From positions 3,310-67,309 of the forward strand of contig CAZQFB010000002.1 of the NCBI GenBank assembly GCA_964592525.1: DNA of 64,000 bases. Reading direction: 5' to 3'. The notes under the pieces are model-generated. The model ran no database searches and was not told the DNA's origin. It saw nothing but the letters and a program-made list of their open reading frames with translations. How positions within the stretch are numbered: position 1 is the stretch's first letter; every line of letters starts with the position of its first letter. This document shows, piece by piece, positions 1 to 9,583 of the stretch. A program made the position numbers and the translations under genes. This stretch comes from an uncultured Candidatus Saccharibacteria bacterium (GTDB lineage Bacteria > Patescibacteriota > WWE3 > CAZQFB01).

Positions 1-144
1 CAAGATTACTGCCCAGATACTTGCGGTACTTCTTTCCGTCCAGGGAATAACAACCCGAAGCCAGCCAACACACCAACAGATTGTGAAAAAGGTAGTGAGC
101 GCCCAATACTCACCTTCGCCTACCGACCTTGAAGATTTAAGCAT
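1..144 (-). CDS. Possible 5' part of a gene running off the left window edge (hypothetical, hydrophobic N-terminus)
   Basis: ATG at 144 preceded by AGGAGA at 6-nt spacing; frame open to position 1; absent from ORF track because no stop in window; + strand frames near the edge are also open, so frame assignment is uncertain. Confidence 0.25.
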   Translation of the reverse strand, partial: MLKSSRSVGEGEYWALTTFFTICWCVGWLRVVIPWTERSTASIWAVIL

Positions 145-360
145 TTTATCTCTCCTGTAGGTGCGTTTGCGAACTTGTTTATGTATAGCACTAACAGCCT
201 TAAAATGCTACTTGTGCTAGCGGCAGTATGGATATCAACAGCGAAGAATGTGACTTGAGCGTCTTTGCTGAAAATAAAGGGTTGGTCAGTAGCTAACTGA
301 TCTGCGTGCTTTAATCTGGCTTAAGGGATTTTAATAACAAGAGTATTTTTTAGGAAGTTC

Positions 361-388
361 TTGACGAGGTTGGTTGGCAAGTTATAAT
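361..388 (+). promoter_or_regulatory. Sigma70-like promoter candidate upstream of rpsF (TTGACG-N16-TATAAT)
   Basis: TTGACG at 361-366, 16-nt spacer, TATAAT at 383-388, about 100 nt upstream of the rpsF start. Confidence 0.45.
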
Positions 389-486
389 GCGGCTGTAGGT
401 TAGCTAAGTCTAACGGTACTAAAAAGACTGTCTCCCGAGTTAAGCTGGGACAATTTCTTAATAACGTTTTTAAACGATTAAGACTG

Positions 487-786
487 ATGACCATGACAGA
501 AACATTATTAAACTATCGATTGTTATTATTAATTAAACCCGATGTTCCCGAAGCTGATTTTGAAGCAGCCGTTAATCAACTGCGCACGCAAATCGAAAAG
601 GATAAAGGAAGTGTGAAGGAGCAAGATATGTGGGGTCTTCGTGATTTAGCTTATCGGGTTAAGGGTTATGATAAAGGTTACTACGCCCATTTGCATTTTA
701 TTGCTACTCCCCAGGGATTGAAAAATATTAGTAGTGCTTTAGCTTTGCATGAGTCTTCGTTGCGTTACATGCTTACCCGAGAATAA
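487..786 (+). CDS. rpsF: 30S ribosomal protein S6
   Basis: 99-aa ORF with S6-like pattern (WGxRxLAY, Y-rich core); first gene of conserved rpsF-ssb-rpsR order. Confidence 0.9.
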   Translation: MTMTETLLNYRLLLLIKPDVPEADFEAAVNQLRTQIEKDKGSVKEQDMWGLRDLAYRVKGYDKGYYAHLHFIATPQGLKNISSALALHESSLRYMLTRE

Positions 787-805
787 TTACTTAAAGGAAG
801 GAACT

Positions 806-1288
806 ATGTCAAGATCAATCAACCAAGCAACAATTATCGGTAACCTCACCCGTGATCCGGAGATGAGATATACACCTAATGGGAATGCGGTAACGTCATT
901 TGGGGTGGCCACTAATCGTACCTATACCGTTAATGGCGAAAAGAGAGAAGATGTAGAGTTTCATAATGTAGTGGCTTGGAATAAATTAGCGGAATTGTGT
1001 AACCAGTTATTACGTAAAGGCAGAAGAGTTTATATCCAAGGCAGGTTACAGACTCGGAGCTGGGAAGGTAACGATGGTGTGAAAAGAACACGCACGGAAA
1101 TTATTGCTGATGATATGTTGATCTTGGATGATAAGTTTGTTGATGAGGAACCACCTGCAGCGGTTGAGTATTTAAGTGATGAGGAACCTCCCCGTGAAGA
1201 TGCCACGACTGACAGTGAGGCGGCTAAAACAAAAAAGGGTAAGAAAGCTACGGAAGCAGCTATTACTGAAGATGATATTCCTTTTTAA
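806..1288 (+). CDS. ssb: Single-stranded DNA-binding protein
   Basis: OB-fold N-terminal region, acidic C-terminal tail ending DDIPF; start moved to ATG at 806 (MSRSINQ) with AGGAAGG RBS upstream. Confidence 0.9.
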   Translation: MSRSINQATIIGNLTRDPEMRYTPNGNAVTSFGVATNRTYTVNGEKREDVEFHNVVAWNKLAELCNQLLRKGRRVYIQGRLQTRSWEGNDGVKRTRTEIIADDMLILDDKFVDEEPPAAVEYLSDEEPPREDATTDSEAAKTKKGKKATEAAITEDDIPF

Positions 1289-1290
1289 GG

Positions 1291-1548
1291 ATGATTATGC
1301 AAGCTAATAAAGACTTACCACCGCTACAAAGCACAAGTAACTTAAGAGACAGGACCTTTGATTATACTAATGTGGTTGAACTTAGAAGGTTTTTGACGGC
1401 TACCGGTAGAATCCGACCTCGGAAAATGACGGGTCTGTCCGCTAAGGGTCAAAGAAACCTAGCTCAAGCGGTAAAAAGGGCTAGAATAATGGCACTGTTG
1501 CCTTTTATTATCCGACCAAAAGCAAACTTTAACCACTTCTCAAAGTAA
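1291..1548 (+). CDS. rpsR: 30S ribosomal protein S18
   Basis: 85-aa ORF with S18-like segment [24 protein letters not shown]; conserved position after ssb. Confidence 0.9.
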   Translation: MIMQANKDLPPLQSTSNLRDRTFDYTNVVELRRFLTATGRIRPRKMTGLSAKGQRNLAQAVKRARIMALLPFIIRPKANFNHFSK

Positions 1549-1596
1549 TAAATCCTATTGCCCTGCTTGGTTGATCATGTCAAAATAACTAAGCCC

Positions 1597-2865
1597 ATGA
1601 AACAGATATTTACTAAAGCTTTGTTTATCCCCGCGGTTTTATTAGTTGGGGGTTCCTTATTTTTTGCTGGTATTCAAGTAGGGGAATCGGGGATTTTAGA
1701 TAACCTGACTTATGATCCTATTCCCGACACTCCTCCGGCAACTGTTCAAAATGCAGCACTACCAGAGACGGTTGCCCAAATTGATTTTAATAATTTTTGG
1801 CGGGTGTGGAATCTGGTGCACACAGAATACATTGATCGTGAAGAATTAGATGATCAACAACTACTTTATGGAGCTATTGAAGGTATGGTTTCAGCGGTTG
1901 GTGATCCGTATACTGCCTTTTTAGATCCCGAAAAAAATGAACAGTTTGCCGAAAGTTTAAGTGGGACTTATGAGGGTATTGGTGCTGAATTAGGGATGGT
2001 GGCGGAACAGTTGATTATTGTAGCGCCTTTGGTTGGTTCTCCGGCGGAAGCAGTTGGGATTTTACCTCAAGATAGAATATTAAAGATTAACGATGAAGAT
2101 ACTAGGGGTATTACTATCCCAGAAGCAGTAAGTAAAATCAGAGGTCCTGCCGGTGAGAAAGTGACTTTATCGTTAGGGCGCGGTGATGGGGATCCCTTTT
2201 CCGTAGAGATCGTGCGCGCGGAAATAACCCTAAAATCAGTAGCTTATGATGCTGCGGTTAACGAGAAATATTTGCAGCCGGATGAGGGTATTGCTTATGT
2301 GCAATTATCTCGGTTTGGCGATAATACTTTGAGTGATTGGGAACAATCGTTGCAACAGGTCCTGAAAGATGTTAACCCGCTTAAGGCCTTTATTCTAGAT
2401 TTAAGGAGTAATCCTGGTGGTTATTTAACCACTTCCGTGCAGTTGGCAGGTGATTTTTTACCGCCGAACACACCGGTGGTCTACCAGGAAACCAAAGCAG
2501 GTATTGAAGGACCGCTGCGGGCTAATGGTAAGGGTCGGTTGAACCAGGTACCCTTAGTGGTATTGGTTAATCAGGGGAGTGCTTCCGCTTCAGAAATATT
2601 AGCTTCCGCGTTAAGGAACAGTCGGCAAGACGTCACTATTGTGGGTATGAAAACTTATGGTAAGGGTACGGTACAAGAGAAAAAAGATCTGCCTGATGGC
2701 AGTGGTATTCAAGTTACGATAGCTAAGTGGTTAACTTCTTCTAAAGAATGGATCCAAGAAGATGGTATTCCCGTAGACATAGAGGTTGACATCACCAGTG
2801 AAGATATTGTGGCGGGAAAAGACCCCCAGTTAGAAAAAGCGCTGGAAATAGCCCGTTCCTATTAA
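1597..2865 (+). CDS. S41-family C-terminal processing peptidase (CtpA/Prc-like), membrane anchored
   Basis: N-terminal TM helix, PDZ-like region, motifs LRSNPGGYL and GSASASEI; start taken at ATG 1597. Confidence 0.85.
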   Translation: MKQIFTKALFIPAVLLVGGSLFFAGIQVGESGILDNLTYDPIPDTPPATVQNAALPETVAQIDFNNFWRVWNLVHTEYIDREELDDQQLLYGAIEGMVSAVGDPYTAFLDPEKNEQFAESLSGTYEGIGAELGMVAEQLIIVAPLVGSPAEAVGILPQDRILKINDEDTRGITIPEAVSKIRGPAGEKVTLSLGRGDGDPFSVEIVRAEITLKSVAYDAAVNEKYLQPDEGIAYVQLSRFGDNTLSDWEQSLQQVLKDVNPLKAFILDLRSNPGGYLTTSVQLAGDFLPPNTPVVYQETKAGIEGPLRANGKGRLNQVPLVVLVNQGSASASEILASALRNSRQDVTIVGMKTYGKGTVQEKKDLPDGSGIQVTIAKWLTSSKEWIQEDGIPVDIEVDITSEDIVAGKDPQLEKALEIARSY

Positions 2866-3141
2866 TTTTGTTATCTTTCATTATTGGAGATTAATATGTG
2901 AGCCTGGTTATCGTTTTATGGATAGCTTATTATTTGCGTTTCCTTTATGTTGCACAACAGAGAAAAATATATCACTAAGTACTTCAATGGCGGCTTTAAA
3001 ATACCGCTCCCAGCCTTTTTTCTGCTCAATTGTTGCTCTATATATTGGGGTTTAGCGCCAACTTAAAAAACGCCTTTTATGGAAAGCACCTTGTAGAGGT
3101 AGAGAATAAAATCGTGACATTAGGGGTTAAGAAATAGTAGG

Positions 3142-3441
3142 ATGTGGGTAATGCTCAAATTATCACAAAATATTATCTGGTTGCTACTTGGGCTTGGTTG
3201 CCTGGTTTTTTTGTTGGTTTTGTATATATATTTTACTTCCTCTGGTTCGGTAGTTAATTTACCACAGAAAACGCCGCAAGACTTATCAGAGCTAGATAAG
3301 ATAAGACTGGAGTGCTTTGACATAGTGGACTCTCTAGATTACAAAGACGATACTAAATTTAACGAATTCCGCTCTATTTATGATTATCGTCTTTATAAAT
3401 ACAACGAATGCCTTCGTGACAGAGGCGTAAAGCAATTTTAG
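3142..3441 (+). CDS. Hypothetical small membrane protein
   Basis: 99-aa ORF with one N-terminal hydrophobic helix; no recognisable motif. Confidence 0.3.
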   Translation: MWVMLKLSQNIIWLLLGLGCLVFLLVLYIYFTSSGSVVNLPQKTPQDLSELDKIRLECFDIVDSLDYKDDTKFNEFRSIYDYRLYKYNECLRDRGVKQF

Positions 3442-3477
3442 AGCTTCAAGGTAAAAAGGGGTTTCCCCCAATCTATC

Positions 3478-3846
3478 TTAATTAAGATAGATTGAGGGAA
3501 GCTGTGACCAAATCTGTTTGGCGTAATCATGGGCTAAGAGTAAAGCTCGTTCGGTGGCAAAGAGTAATTGGGTTGGTATTTCCGCCAACGTTTGAGGATG
3601 CACCTTTCGCTCAAGCTGCTCGTTAATACTGTGTGGAGAAGTCAAATTAAAGTGAACCCTTAATACCCTGCGCCCACTGTTTAAAACAGTGAGTAGCAGG
3701 TAATTCTCCCTTAGGGGAGACCAGCCGCCACTGTTAAGGACCTCAACAACGACTAACCAAGGCTTATCCTCCAAACGGATTACAACAGCCACCTGTTTGT
3801 CCATTTTGTCTCTCCTTTGAGCCCTAAGATTAGCTGGAAAAGCCAC
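3478..3846 (-). CDS. Hypothetical protein
   Basis: 122-aa ORF; likely start at internal MDKQ (about 3804); no recognisable family. Confidence 0.35.
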   Translation of the reverse strand: MAFPANLRAQRRDKMDKQVAVVIRLEDKPWLVVVEVLNSGGWSPLRENYLLLTVLNSGRRVLRVHFNLTSPHSINEQLERKVHPQTLAEIPTQLLFATERALLLAHDYAKQIWSQLPSIYLN

Positions 3847-4216
3847 CCCCGTAAACCCCCCAAAGAATAAATAATATAGGTTTATGTTATAGGGCTGCTA
3901 AGCCACTATGCTATTAAGACCTGTAGCAATGTTACTATTGGGGGTAAGCAGAGCAGGGACAATGTACTTATAGTATATCTATATTAAGCTGTTGTGGGGG
4001 GATGGTTGAGAGCTCTAAATTACTGCAGAAAGAGGTCTTTATAAACAAAAATACTTTGGATAAAGCTACTAAAAGAGTAAGTCATCGTTAAAGTAGTGAT
4101 ACCAGGGTTGCTCTGGTTGTTTATGGTAGTTCTTGGTTAGGTTTAACTAGCGATAAAAACTGAACATAGGATGTTGAAAAAGATATTGCAGTTGTAGCAT
4201 GATTATCGGCAGTAAT

Positions 4217-4762
4217 TTATTCGTGCTTTTCGCGCACGTGGGCGTTTTTCGGGCGGGTGGTATGTTTATCAGCAACGACAAAAGCCCCGTAAGCTTCAGG
4301 TTTAGTTTTACAGGTGTACCCAGAGCCATTAACCATACCGACTACTTCCTTAATCGTTTCTCGGGTTTGACCTACTTCACCCACATCAACATGAATTTCT
4401 AATTGATAATTATAGGAAGCAGGTGACAATAGCACCTTAATTTCTGGGACTAATACTTTAGCAACCTGTAAGGAAAGGGTAGTTTCTTTATAAATTTTAT
4501 CTCTAAGGTTATAGACACAAAGACCTTTGGTTTTATGCCAGAAATAACGTCCCCCCAGACCATGGCGGTGCAAAACGACAGCACTGATAAAATCAATCGC
4601 ACCAGTGTTACCTTTGCTGTCACTACCAATAATAAGGGTATACCGCTCTTTTGGTTGAGTGGTGACATAATCTACTATTTCCCTGATCACTTCCTTGTGA
4701 GATAATATGCCCTTGCTAGGGCTATTAAAAGCTAGTTCAGTCATAATTATTGGTTGCATCAT
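4217..4762 (-). CDS. DUF458/YkuK-like protein (RNase H-like fold family)
   Basis: Pattern IIGSDSK ... HVDVG ... EVVGMV.G.GY ... KPEAYGAFVVADKH resembles YkuK-family proteins; assignment from memory of the family signature. Confidence 0.5.
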   Translation of the reverse strand: MMQPIIMTELAFNSPSKGILSHKEVIREIVDYVTTQPKERYTLIIGSDSKGNTGAIDFISAVVLHRHGLGGRYFWHKTKGLCVYNLRDKIYKETTLSLQVAKVLVPEIKVLLSPASYNYQLEIHVDVGEVGQTRETIKEVVGMVNGSGYTCKTKPEAYGAFVVADKHTTRPKNAHVREKHE

Positions 4763-5282
4763 ACTCCTGGTTTACCGGGTAAGCAATAATTAACACCAGC
4801 GTTACTACATACTATGGGTTGCGTTTTTTATGAATATTTTGTAGTATCTTGAACAGGTTGAAGCACTAAACTTATGCGTAATCTTAACACTCACAAAGTA
4901 GTGACCAATAAAAGTATGCTGAAGAGGTGGTATTGGGCTTGTGTGCCTACCCCCTTGGTGGTACCTGATGGTATCTATGTACCATGTAAGGTTCGCATAC
5001 TGATGTGGCTTGGGTGGTTTGCTCTGTTGGGTTTTGTTTTCTATCGTGTCAAGGTGGCGGGGGATAAGTAACTCTGGAGTGACAGCGCTTCAGAAATTAG
5101 GTAAGATATTAGTATGGGTGAAGGTATGAGTAGGGAAAAACAAATACTGCTCCTTTTTGGCATCCTTGGTGCCTTTTTGTTGTTTATGGTATTTGTTACT
5201 ATTTTCTAAAGAACTAACAAATTTATATAACAAGAACCCTCAGCAAAAGGATCCTTGGTTCAGCCAAGCCTTAAGCCGAGGG

Positions 5283-5603
5283 TTATTTGGTGGGGATGGT
5301 TCCTTCAGTGTCTTTGTTGGCAAACTGATCGATGATTGGTTCTATGACCAGAAGCAACAAGAGTGAAGTCGCCACCCAGGTTACTAGCATGTTTATCCAA
5401 CTACCTTGTACGGCAAGAGCCCAGGGTATCGTGCAAATAAAGGCCAATTCGTTCCACCTCTTGATGTATTTCGTACCTTCTTGGTACTGACTGCTAGTTG
5501 GGGAGTGCTCACTCCGCCTTTGATACTGCCCGTACTTAGCCCAAACCCAAATACCGCACATTATTAAACTAGCTACGACTGCCATTACTCGCACCCAGTC
5601 CAT
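5283..5603 (-). CDS. Hypothetical membrane protein
   Basis: 106-aa ORF with 2-3 predicted TM helices. Confidence 0.3.
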   Translation of the reverse strand: MDWVRVMAVVASLIMCGIWVWAKYGQYQRRSEHSPTSSQYQEGTKYIKRWNELAFICTIPWALAVQGSWINMLVTWVATSLLLLLVIEPIIDQFANKDTEGTIPTK

Positions 5604-5856
5604 CTCACTACCTCCTTGGTTTGGTGAATGTTTGCCAAGATCTTACCACACACAAGGATTTTTTCCAGGCTTGGTAGGGGTTTGGAACCCCCGGGGTTGG
5701 GGGAGTTTGTTTAAAAACACATGACACTTCGGCATGAGTAGGAGCTCAAATTTCCAATTAGTTGGTAGTTCTCACGCCACGCCCACCTGTTGGCAGTTGG
5801 ATGATCTGGGTTATTAAAAATGCCCGTTGACTTTTCGGGTTGTATTCGGGTACGTT

Positions 5857-5996
5857 GTAAAAGACCCTTCGACAGGCTCCCCGCTATCACGTTGGGTACG
5901 GGGCAAGCAGGGTTAGTTCAATCAGCAACTCATTATGATAGTCATTGAGTTTAAAAGATCCTTCGGCAGGCTCAGGATAAGTTCAATCAGCAATTT
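5857..5996. repeat. Degenerate direct repeat (two copies) upstream of small ORF and Y-family polymerase
   Basis: aaaagacccttcgacaggctc ... ggttagttcaatcagcaact repeated as aaaagatccttcggcaggctc ... aagttcaatcagcaattt. Confidence 0.4.
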
Positions 5997-6022
5997 ATTA
6001 GAGCATTTATTGGATTTCACTT

Positions 6023-6265
6023 ATGCTAACCACCATTGATGAACCTATTACTGTAGCTGGAGTTTATGAAGGAACTTCGTTCCTTCCCGCTGTATTCAAG
6101 TGGAAAAACGGTAAGTTCAAGGTGGAGGAGATTACTTTGGTGAGTGACTTACAGGATGGTGGAGTGAGAAAGCGTGTGTACAGTGTGGTTTCAGGAGATA
6201 CCTTGTACCGGCTCTGTTTTGATAGGGAGCAGGAGAGTTGGCGATTGGTGGCGATTGCCAATTAG
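6023..6265 (+). CDS. Hypothetical small protein upstream of Y-family polymerase
   Basis: 80-aa ORF 48 nt upstream of polymerase gene, same strand; possible accessory subunit (inference only). Confidence 0.35.
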   Translation: MLTTIDEPITVAGVYEGTSFLPAVFKWKNGKFKVEEITLVSDLQDGGVRKRVYSVVSGDTLYRLCFDREQESWRLVAIAN

Positions 6266-6312
6266 TCTGCCCCTGTTGGTAGACAGTTTTTAGTGATCAG
6301 TTCAGATGTTAT

Positions 6313-7596
6313 TTGCTTCATATGTCATCATTCATGAGCCGACGGCGAATCTTACACATTGATATCAATTCTTATTTTGCCATTCTGCTTCAGCAGGAAA
6401 ACCCCAAACTACGTGGTAAACCTGTTGGGGTGGTTAAATCAGCTGGTCGCCACTTGATTATTGCTGCCAGTAAGGAAGCTAAAGAAAAGGGGGTCAAGAC
6501 TGGTATGGCTTTAAGGGAAGCACGCCAGCTGTGCCCAAGCCTTATCAGCGTACCGGCTGAATTTGATTTTTATCTCTCGGCCACGCGGAAATTTTACGAT
6601 CTGCTTAAAAAATTTACCCCTAATTTTTACCCTTTTTCTTTGGATGAAGCGTTTTTGGATATTACCAATATGGAGCGTATCTATCCGAGTGCTAAAGAGT
6701 TGGGCCACCAGATACAGGATAAGGTAAAGGAGGTGTTAGGAGAGTGGGTTACCTGTAATGTGGGTATTAGCCATACTTATCTTTTGGCTAAAATAGCGGG
6801 TGAGATTAGCCCTAAAGGTAGTGTGACCGAGATTACGGCAGAAACAAAAGACAATGTTCTCAAAAGGGTGGGGTTTGATGATGTTTGTGGGGTGGGTAGG
6901 GGGTTGAGTAATAAATTACATCAGTTGGGAGTGACTACTCCTTATCAAATCAGGTCATTGCCGGAGGAGGTGTTGGTTGGGGCAGTTGGTCCTTTTTGGG
7001 CTAAGGAACTTAGGTTTATCAGTCAGGGTGAAGACTCTTGTACCCTTCGGGCTTTAGATACTGGGAACTTGGTTTTTAAATCACAAATGAAAAGTGTCAG
7101 CCGATCGGTAACTGGCTACAGGTTGTGCGACTCTGAAACAGAGATTAGGAGTATTATTTACAATCTTACACAGGAGGTTTGCTTTAAAGCTAGAAGCATG
7201 AATCTTGCGGGCAGGCATCTTGCTTTGATGCTTCAGGGTTCTAACAGGTCTTATGGATCCAGCATGACTTATTATAATCACTGTACTTTAAAGAAGTATT
7301 TAAACCTTACTGATGATGTGTTTTTTGTTATTTATAATCAGCTGTATAAGAACTGGAAACGTTCGTTTAAGGTCATTCGTTATTTAGTTAGGTTATCGGA
7401 CTTGACGCTTATAGACCAGCAAAGTCTGCCTTTGTTTGAGGCGGACAGGAAAAAAGAAAAGGTCTATCAGGCGATGGATAAACTGGCAGAAAAATATGGT
7501 CTTTTTACGGTGCGCTCGGGAGTGCTTATTGATACGCCAGTGTTAAGACCCGAGGTAACAGGTTATTTTGGCGACAAAGGGTACTACCTGCAGTAG
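6313..7596 (+). CDS. Y-family DNA polymerase (DinB/UmuC-like translesion polymerase)
   Basis: N-terminal ILHIDINSYFA, GKPVGVV, SLDEAFLDIT motifs typical of Y-family polymerases. Confidence 0.8.
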   Translation: MLHMSSFMSRRRILHIDINSYFAILLQQENPKLRGKPVGVVKSAGRHLIIAASKEAKEKGVKTGMALREARQLCPSLISVPAEFDFYLSATRKFYDLLKKFTPNFYPFSLDEAFLDITNMERIYPSAKELGHQIQDKVKEVLGEWVTCNVGISHTYLLAKIAGEISPKGSVTEITAETKDNVLKRVGFDDVCGVGRGLSNKLHQLGVTTPYQIRSLPEEVLVGAVGPFWAKELRFISQGEDSCTLRALDTGNLVFKSQMKSVSRSVTGYRLCDSETEIRSIIYNLTQEVCFKARSMNLAGRHLALMLQGSNRSYGSSMTYYNHCTLKKYLNLTDDVFFVIYNQLYKNWKRSFKVIRYLVRLSDLTLIDQQSLPLFEADRKKEKVYQAMDKLAEKYGLFTVRSGVLIDTPVLRPEVTGYFGDKGYYLQ

Positions 7597-7612
7597 TATA
7601 AGTAGAAAGCAA

Positions 7613-7679
7613 GCACCCCCGGGGGTTGTATTGCCATTATTGACGGGTGTTTACAACCCCCGGGGGTGCTTTGTTTTTT
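7613..7679 (+). terminator. Rho-independent terminator after Y-family polymerase (18-bp perfect inverted repeat plus T-run)
   Basis: gcacccccgggggttgta / tacaacccccgggggtgc arms followed by tttgtttttt. Confidence 0.7.
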
Positions 7680-7772
7680 CATACCTTGCTATATCCGATA
7701 GTTTGACAAGTGGGGGATGTCTGGTGTATTTTTACTCCCAATCACCAGATCAGACACCCTTGGAGGTGGAGC

Positions 7773-8486
7773 GTGCTAACAGTAAAAGGGAAGTCTTGGT
7801 TGTCTTTGGTCTTGTTCTTTCTGTTTGTTTGTGGGTTCGCTTGGTCCTTTCAAGCTTGGCAGGAAGAACCGGCAATTCCGGTGGTAGGTGAAGCTGTGAT
7901 TACTGAGGAGGTGTATGGTGACGGTTCTGCATCGCTAGGGAAATGGGTGCTAACGTACTACCCACCGGAAGTCTTCACTGTTTCAGCAGATTGTGGAAGG
8001 TGGCAAATGGCAGCCACACAACCTTTTACCCTAACGTTCTTGGGGTATAGTGAAGAGCCAGGCACCTTCCTGTTTATGTCCGAAGAAAGGGAGTTGAAGT
8101 ATTATAACCGTTCCTGTTGGTACCAGGAACTTGATGATTGTACGGAAGCACCGGAGACGAAGGCATCTGTGGCATCTGTTCCAGAGCCTCTATCAGAGGA
8201 GGATATCGGAGGTTATTACTCCTTTGATTCTGACTTACTCGGTGGTACTTACAGGATAGATTCTGTAAGAAAACCCTGGGAAGCTGGTTGGCCTAAGATC
8301 AGAATTAGATCACAGGATCCGTTCAAGGTGTATGAGAGAACCACCAAACCAGAAGTGATACGAGCCTTCAAGATTGGCGAGGTTGCCGAGAGATTGATGT
8401 GGTGTGGTACTGCGCTTGTGATTGTGTGTCTTGTTCTTCTGACTGTAGCGGTTATAGTTCATAATGATTACCGCAAGAGGAGTTGA
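7773..8486 (+). CDS. Bitopic surface protein, paralog 1 of a tandem triplicated family
   Basis: GTG start after GGAGGTGGAG; N-terminal hydrophobic helix, conserved AATQPFTLTFLGY and GGTYRIDSVRKPWEAGWPKIRIRS..PFKVY blocks, C-terminal TM. Confidence 0.6.
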   Translation: MLTVKGKSWLSLVLFFLFVCGFAWSFQAWQEEPAIPVVGEAVITEEVYGDGSASLGKWVLTYYPPEVFTVSADCGRWQMAATQPFTLTFLGYSEEPGTFLFMSEERELKYYNRSCWYQELDDCTEAPETKASVASVPEPLSEEDIGGYYSFDSDLLGGTYRIDSVRKPWEAGWPKIRIRSQDPFKVYERTTKPEVIRAFKIGEVAERLMWCGTALVIVCLVLLTVAVIVHNDYRKRS

Positions 8487-8496
8487 CTTTGTGAGG

Positions 8497-8535
8497 GAGT
8501 GGGGGTGCTGTCTGCCCTCACTCTTTATTTTATTC
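8497..8535 (+). terminator. Rho-independent terminator (9-bp stem gagtggggg/ccctcactc plus T-run), copy 1
   Basis: Hairpin immediately after paralog 1 stop, followed by tttattttattc. Confidence 0.6.
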
Positions 8536-8866
8536 ATCTTACCTCGAGCAACTTATTTGACTGATTATATCCAGGTGTTAATTTTGATAATCTGTTTTCA
8601 CTAATGACCAGCTAACCTTTAGTTTGATAAGTCTACAAACCCCCAGGGTTGGGTTTGCTAGTTTGACAGTGTGGTTGAGCAGGAGTATTTTTCTCTTACG
8701 CTCTTGAATAACCAAATGGAGGTGGAGAGGTGAGAGTCCAGAAGCTGCTTTTGGATGTAGCCAAGGTTTTGGCGGTGCTTTTACTTATGGGTTTGGCTGT
8801 TTGGGTGTATCTGGGATGGCAGGTAGAGCCGAAGCTTCCGGTACTGGGTGAGGCGACATATATTGA
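8497..8866. repeat. Direct repeat copy 1 (terminator + promoter region + 5' coding region), about 365 bp
   Basis: Near-identical to 9545-9904 by reading; covers terminator, intergenic region and first ~45 codons. Confidence 0.7.
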
Positions 8867-9536
8867 TTCGCTGATGCCCTTGTCAGAAGATATGGAGGGA
8901 AGATGGTTCTATGAAGGCTACCCTTCGGAAGTGTTTACACTTTCGACCGAGTGGCCTCGAATGCAGATTACTGCTACCGAGCCTTTCATGCTCCCCTATT
9001 GGTCCCAAAAGCTGATTACTGCTACTGAGCCTTTCACGCCCACCTACTGGGTTCGTATGGAGATGGCTGCTACCCAGCCTTTCACGCTGACCTATCTGGG
9101 TTATACACAAGTACCCACGTCCTATCTTTTCCAGCCCCAAGAAGCAGATCCTGTATCAGAACCGCTGACTTGGGGTTGGGGTCAGGGGATCAATGAACCA
9201 AGTCCTGCCTATGAAAATGAACGTTTCGCCCATAACACCTTGCCTCCAGGAGAGGTAGGTAGTTATTACTGGTTTGATTTTGAAGCAATGGGTGGGACCT
9301 GGCAGATAAGCTCGGAAAGAAAACCCCTTGAAGATGGTTGGCCTAAGCTACGGCTTAGAAGTGATCTGCCCTTTAAGGTCTACTCCAGGGCCATTGATGA
9401 GCAAGTGATCACAGCCAATCTGATTGCATCGGTGACTTCGATAATGTGGGTAGTAGGCTATGTAGTGGTCATCTTAGCTATGCTAGCTTATATTGTCAAA
9501 GTTGTGACCGATCTGAGAAAAGAAACCCAGGCCTGA
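8730..9536 (+). CDS. Bitopic surface protein, paralog 2 (with internal 3x repeat expansion)
   Basis: N-terminus MRVQKLLLDVAKVLAVLLLMGLAVW identical to paralog 3; triple ATEPF/ATQPF repeat; C-terminal TM. Confidence 0.65.
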   Translation: MRVQKLLLDVAKVLAVLLLMGLAVWVYLGWQVEPKLPVLGEATYIDSLMPLSEDMEGRWFYEGYPSEVFTLSTEWPRMQITATEPFMLPYWSQKLITATEPFTPTYWVRMEMAATQPFTLTYLGYTQVPTSYLFQPQEADPVSEPLTWGWGQGINEPSPAYENERFAHNTLPPGEVGSYYWFDFEAMGGTWQISSERKPLEDGWPKLRLRSDLPFKVYSRAIDEQVITANLIASVTSIMWVVGYVVVILAMLAYIVKVVTDLRKETQA

Positions 9537-9544
9537 GCAAGAAA

Positions 9545-9583
9545 GAGTGGGGGTGCTGTCTGCCCTCACTCTTTATTTTATTC
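9545..9583 (+). terminator. Rho-independent terminator, copy 2
   Basis: Same hairpin gagtggggg-loop-ccctcactc plus T-run after paralog 2. Confidence 0.6.

Noticed and set aside
5677-5704. tRNA-like T-arm (ggggtttggaacccc)
   Set aside because: The loop lacks the conserved TTC(R)A pattern and no acceptor or anticodon arms can be built; more likely part of the palindromic motif family.
7568-7891. ORF 7568-7891 (+) overlapping the end of the polymerase gene, the terminator and the start of paralog 1
   Set aside because: It spans a strong terminator hairpin and is in a different frame from the well-supported flanking genes; likely spurious.
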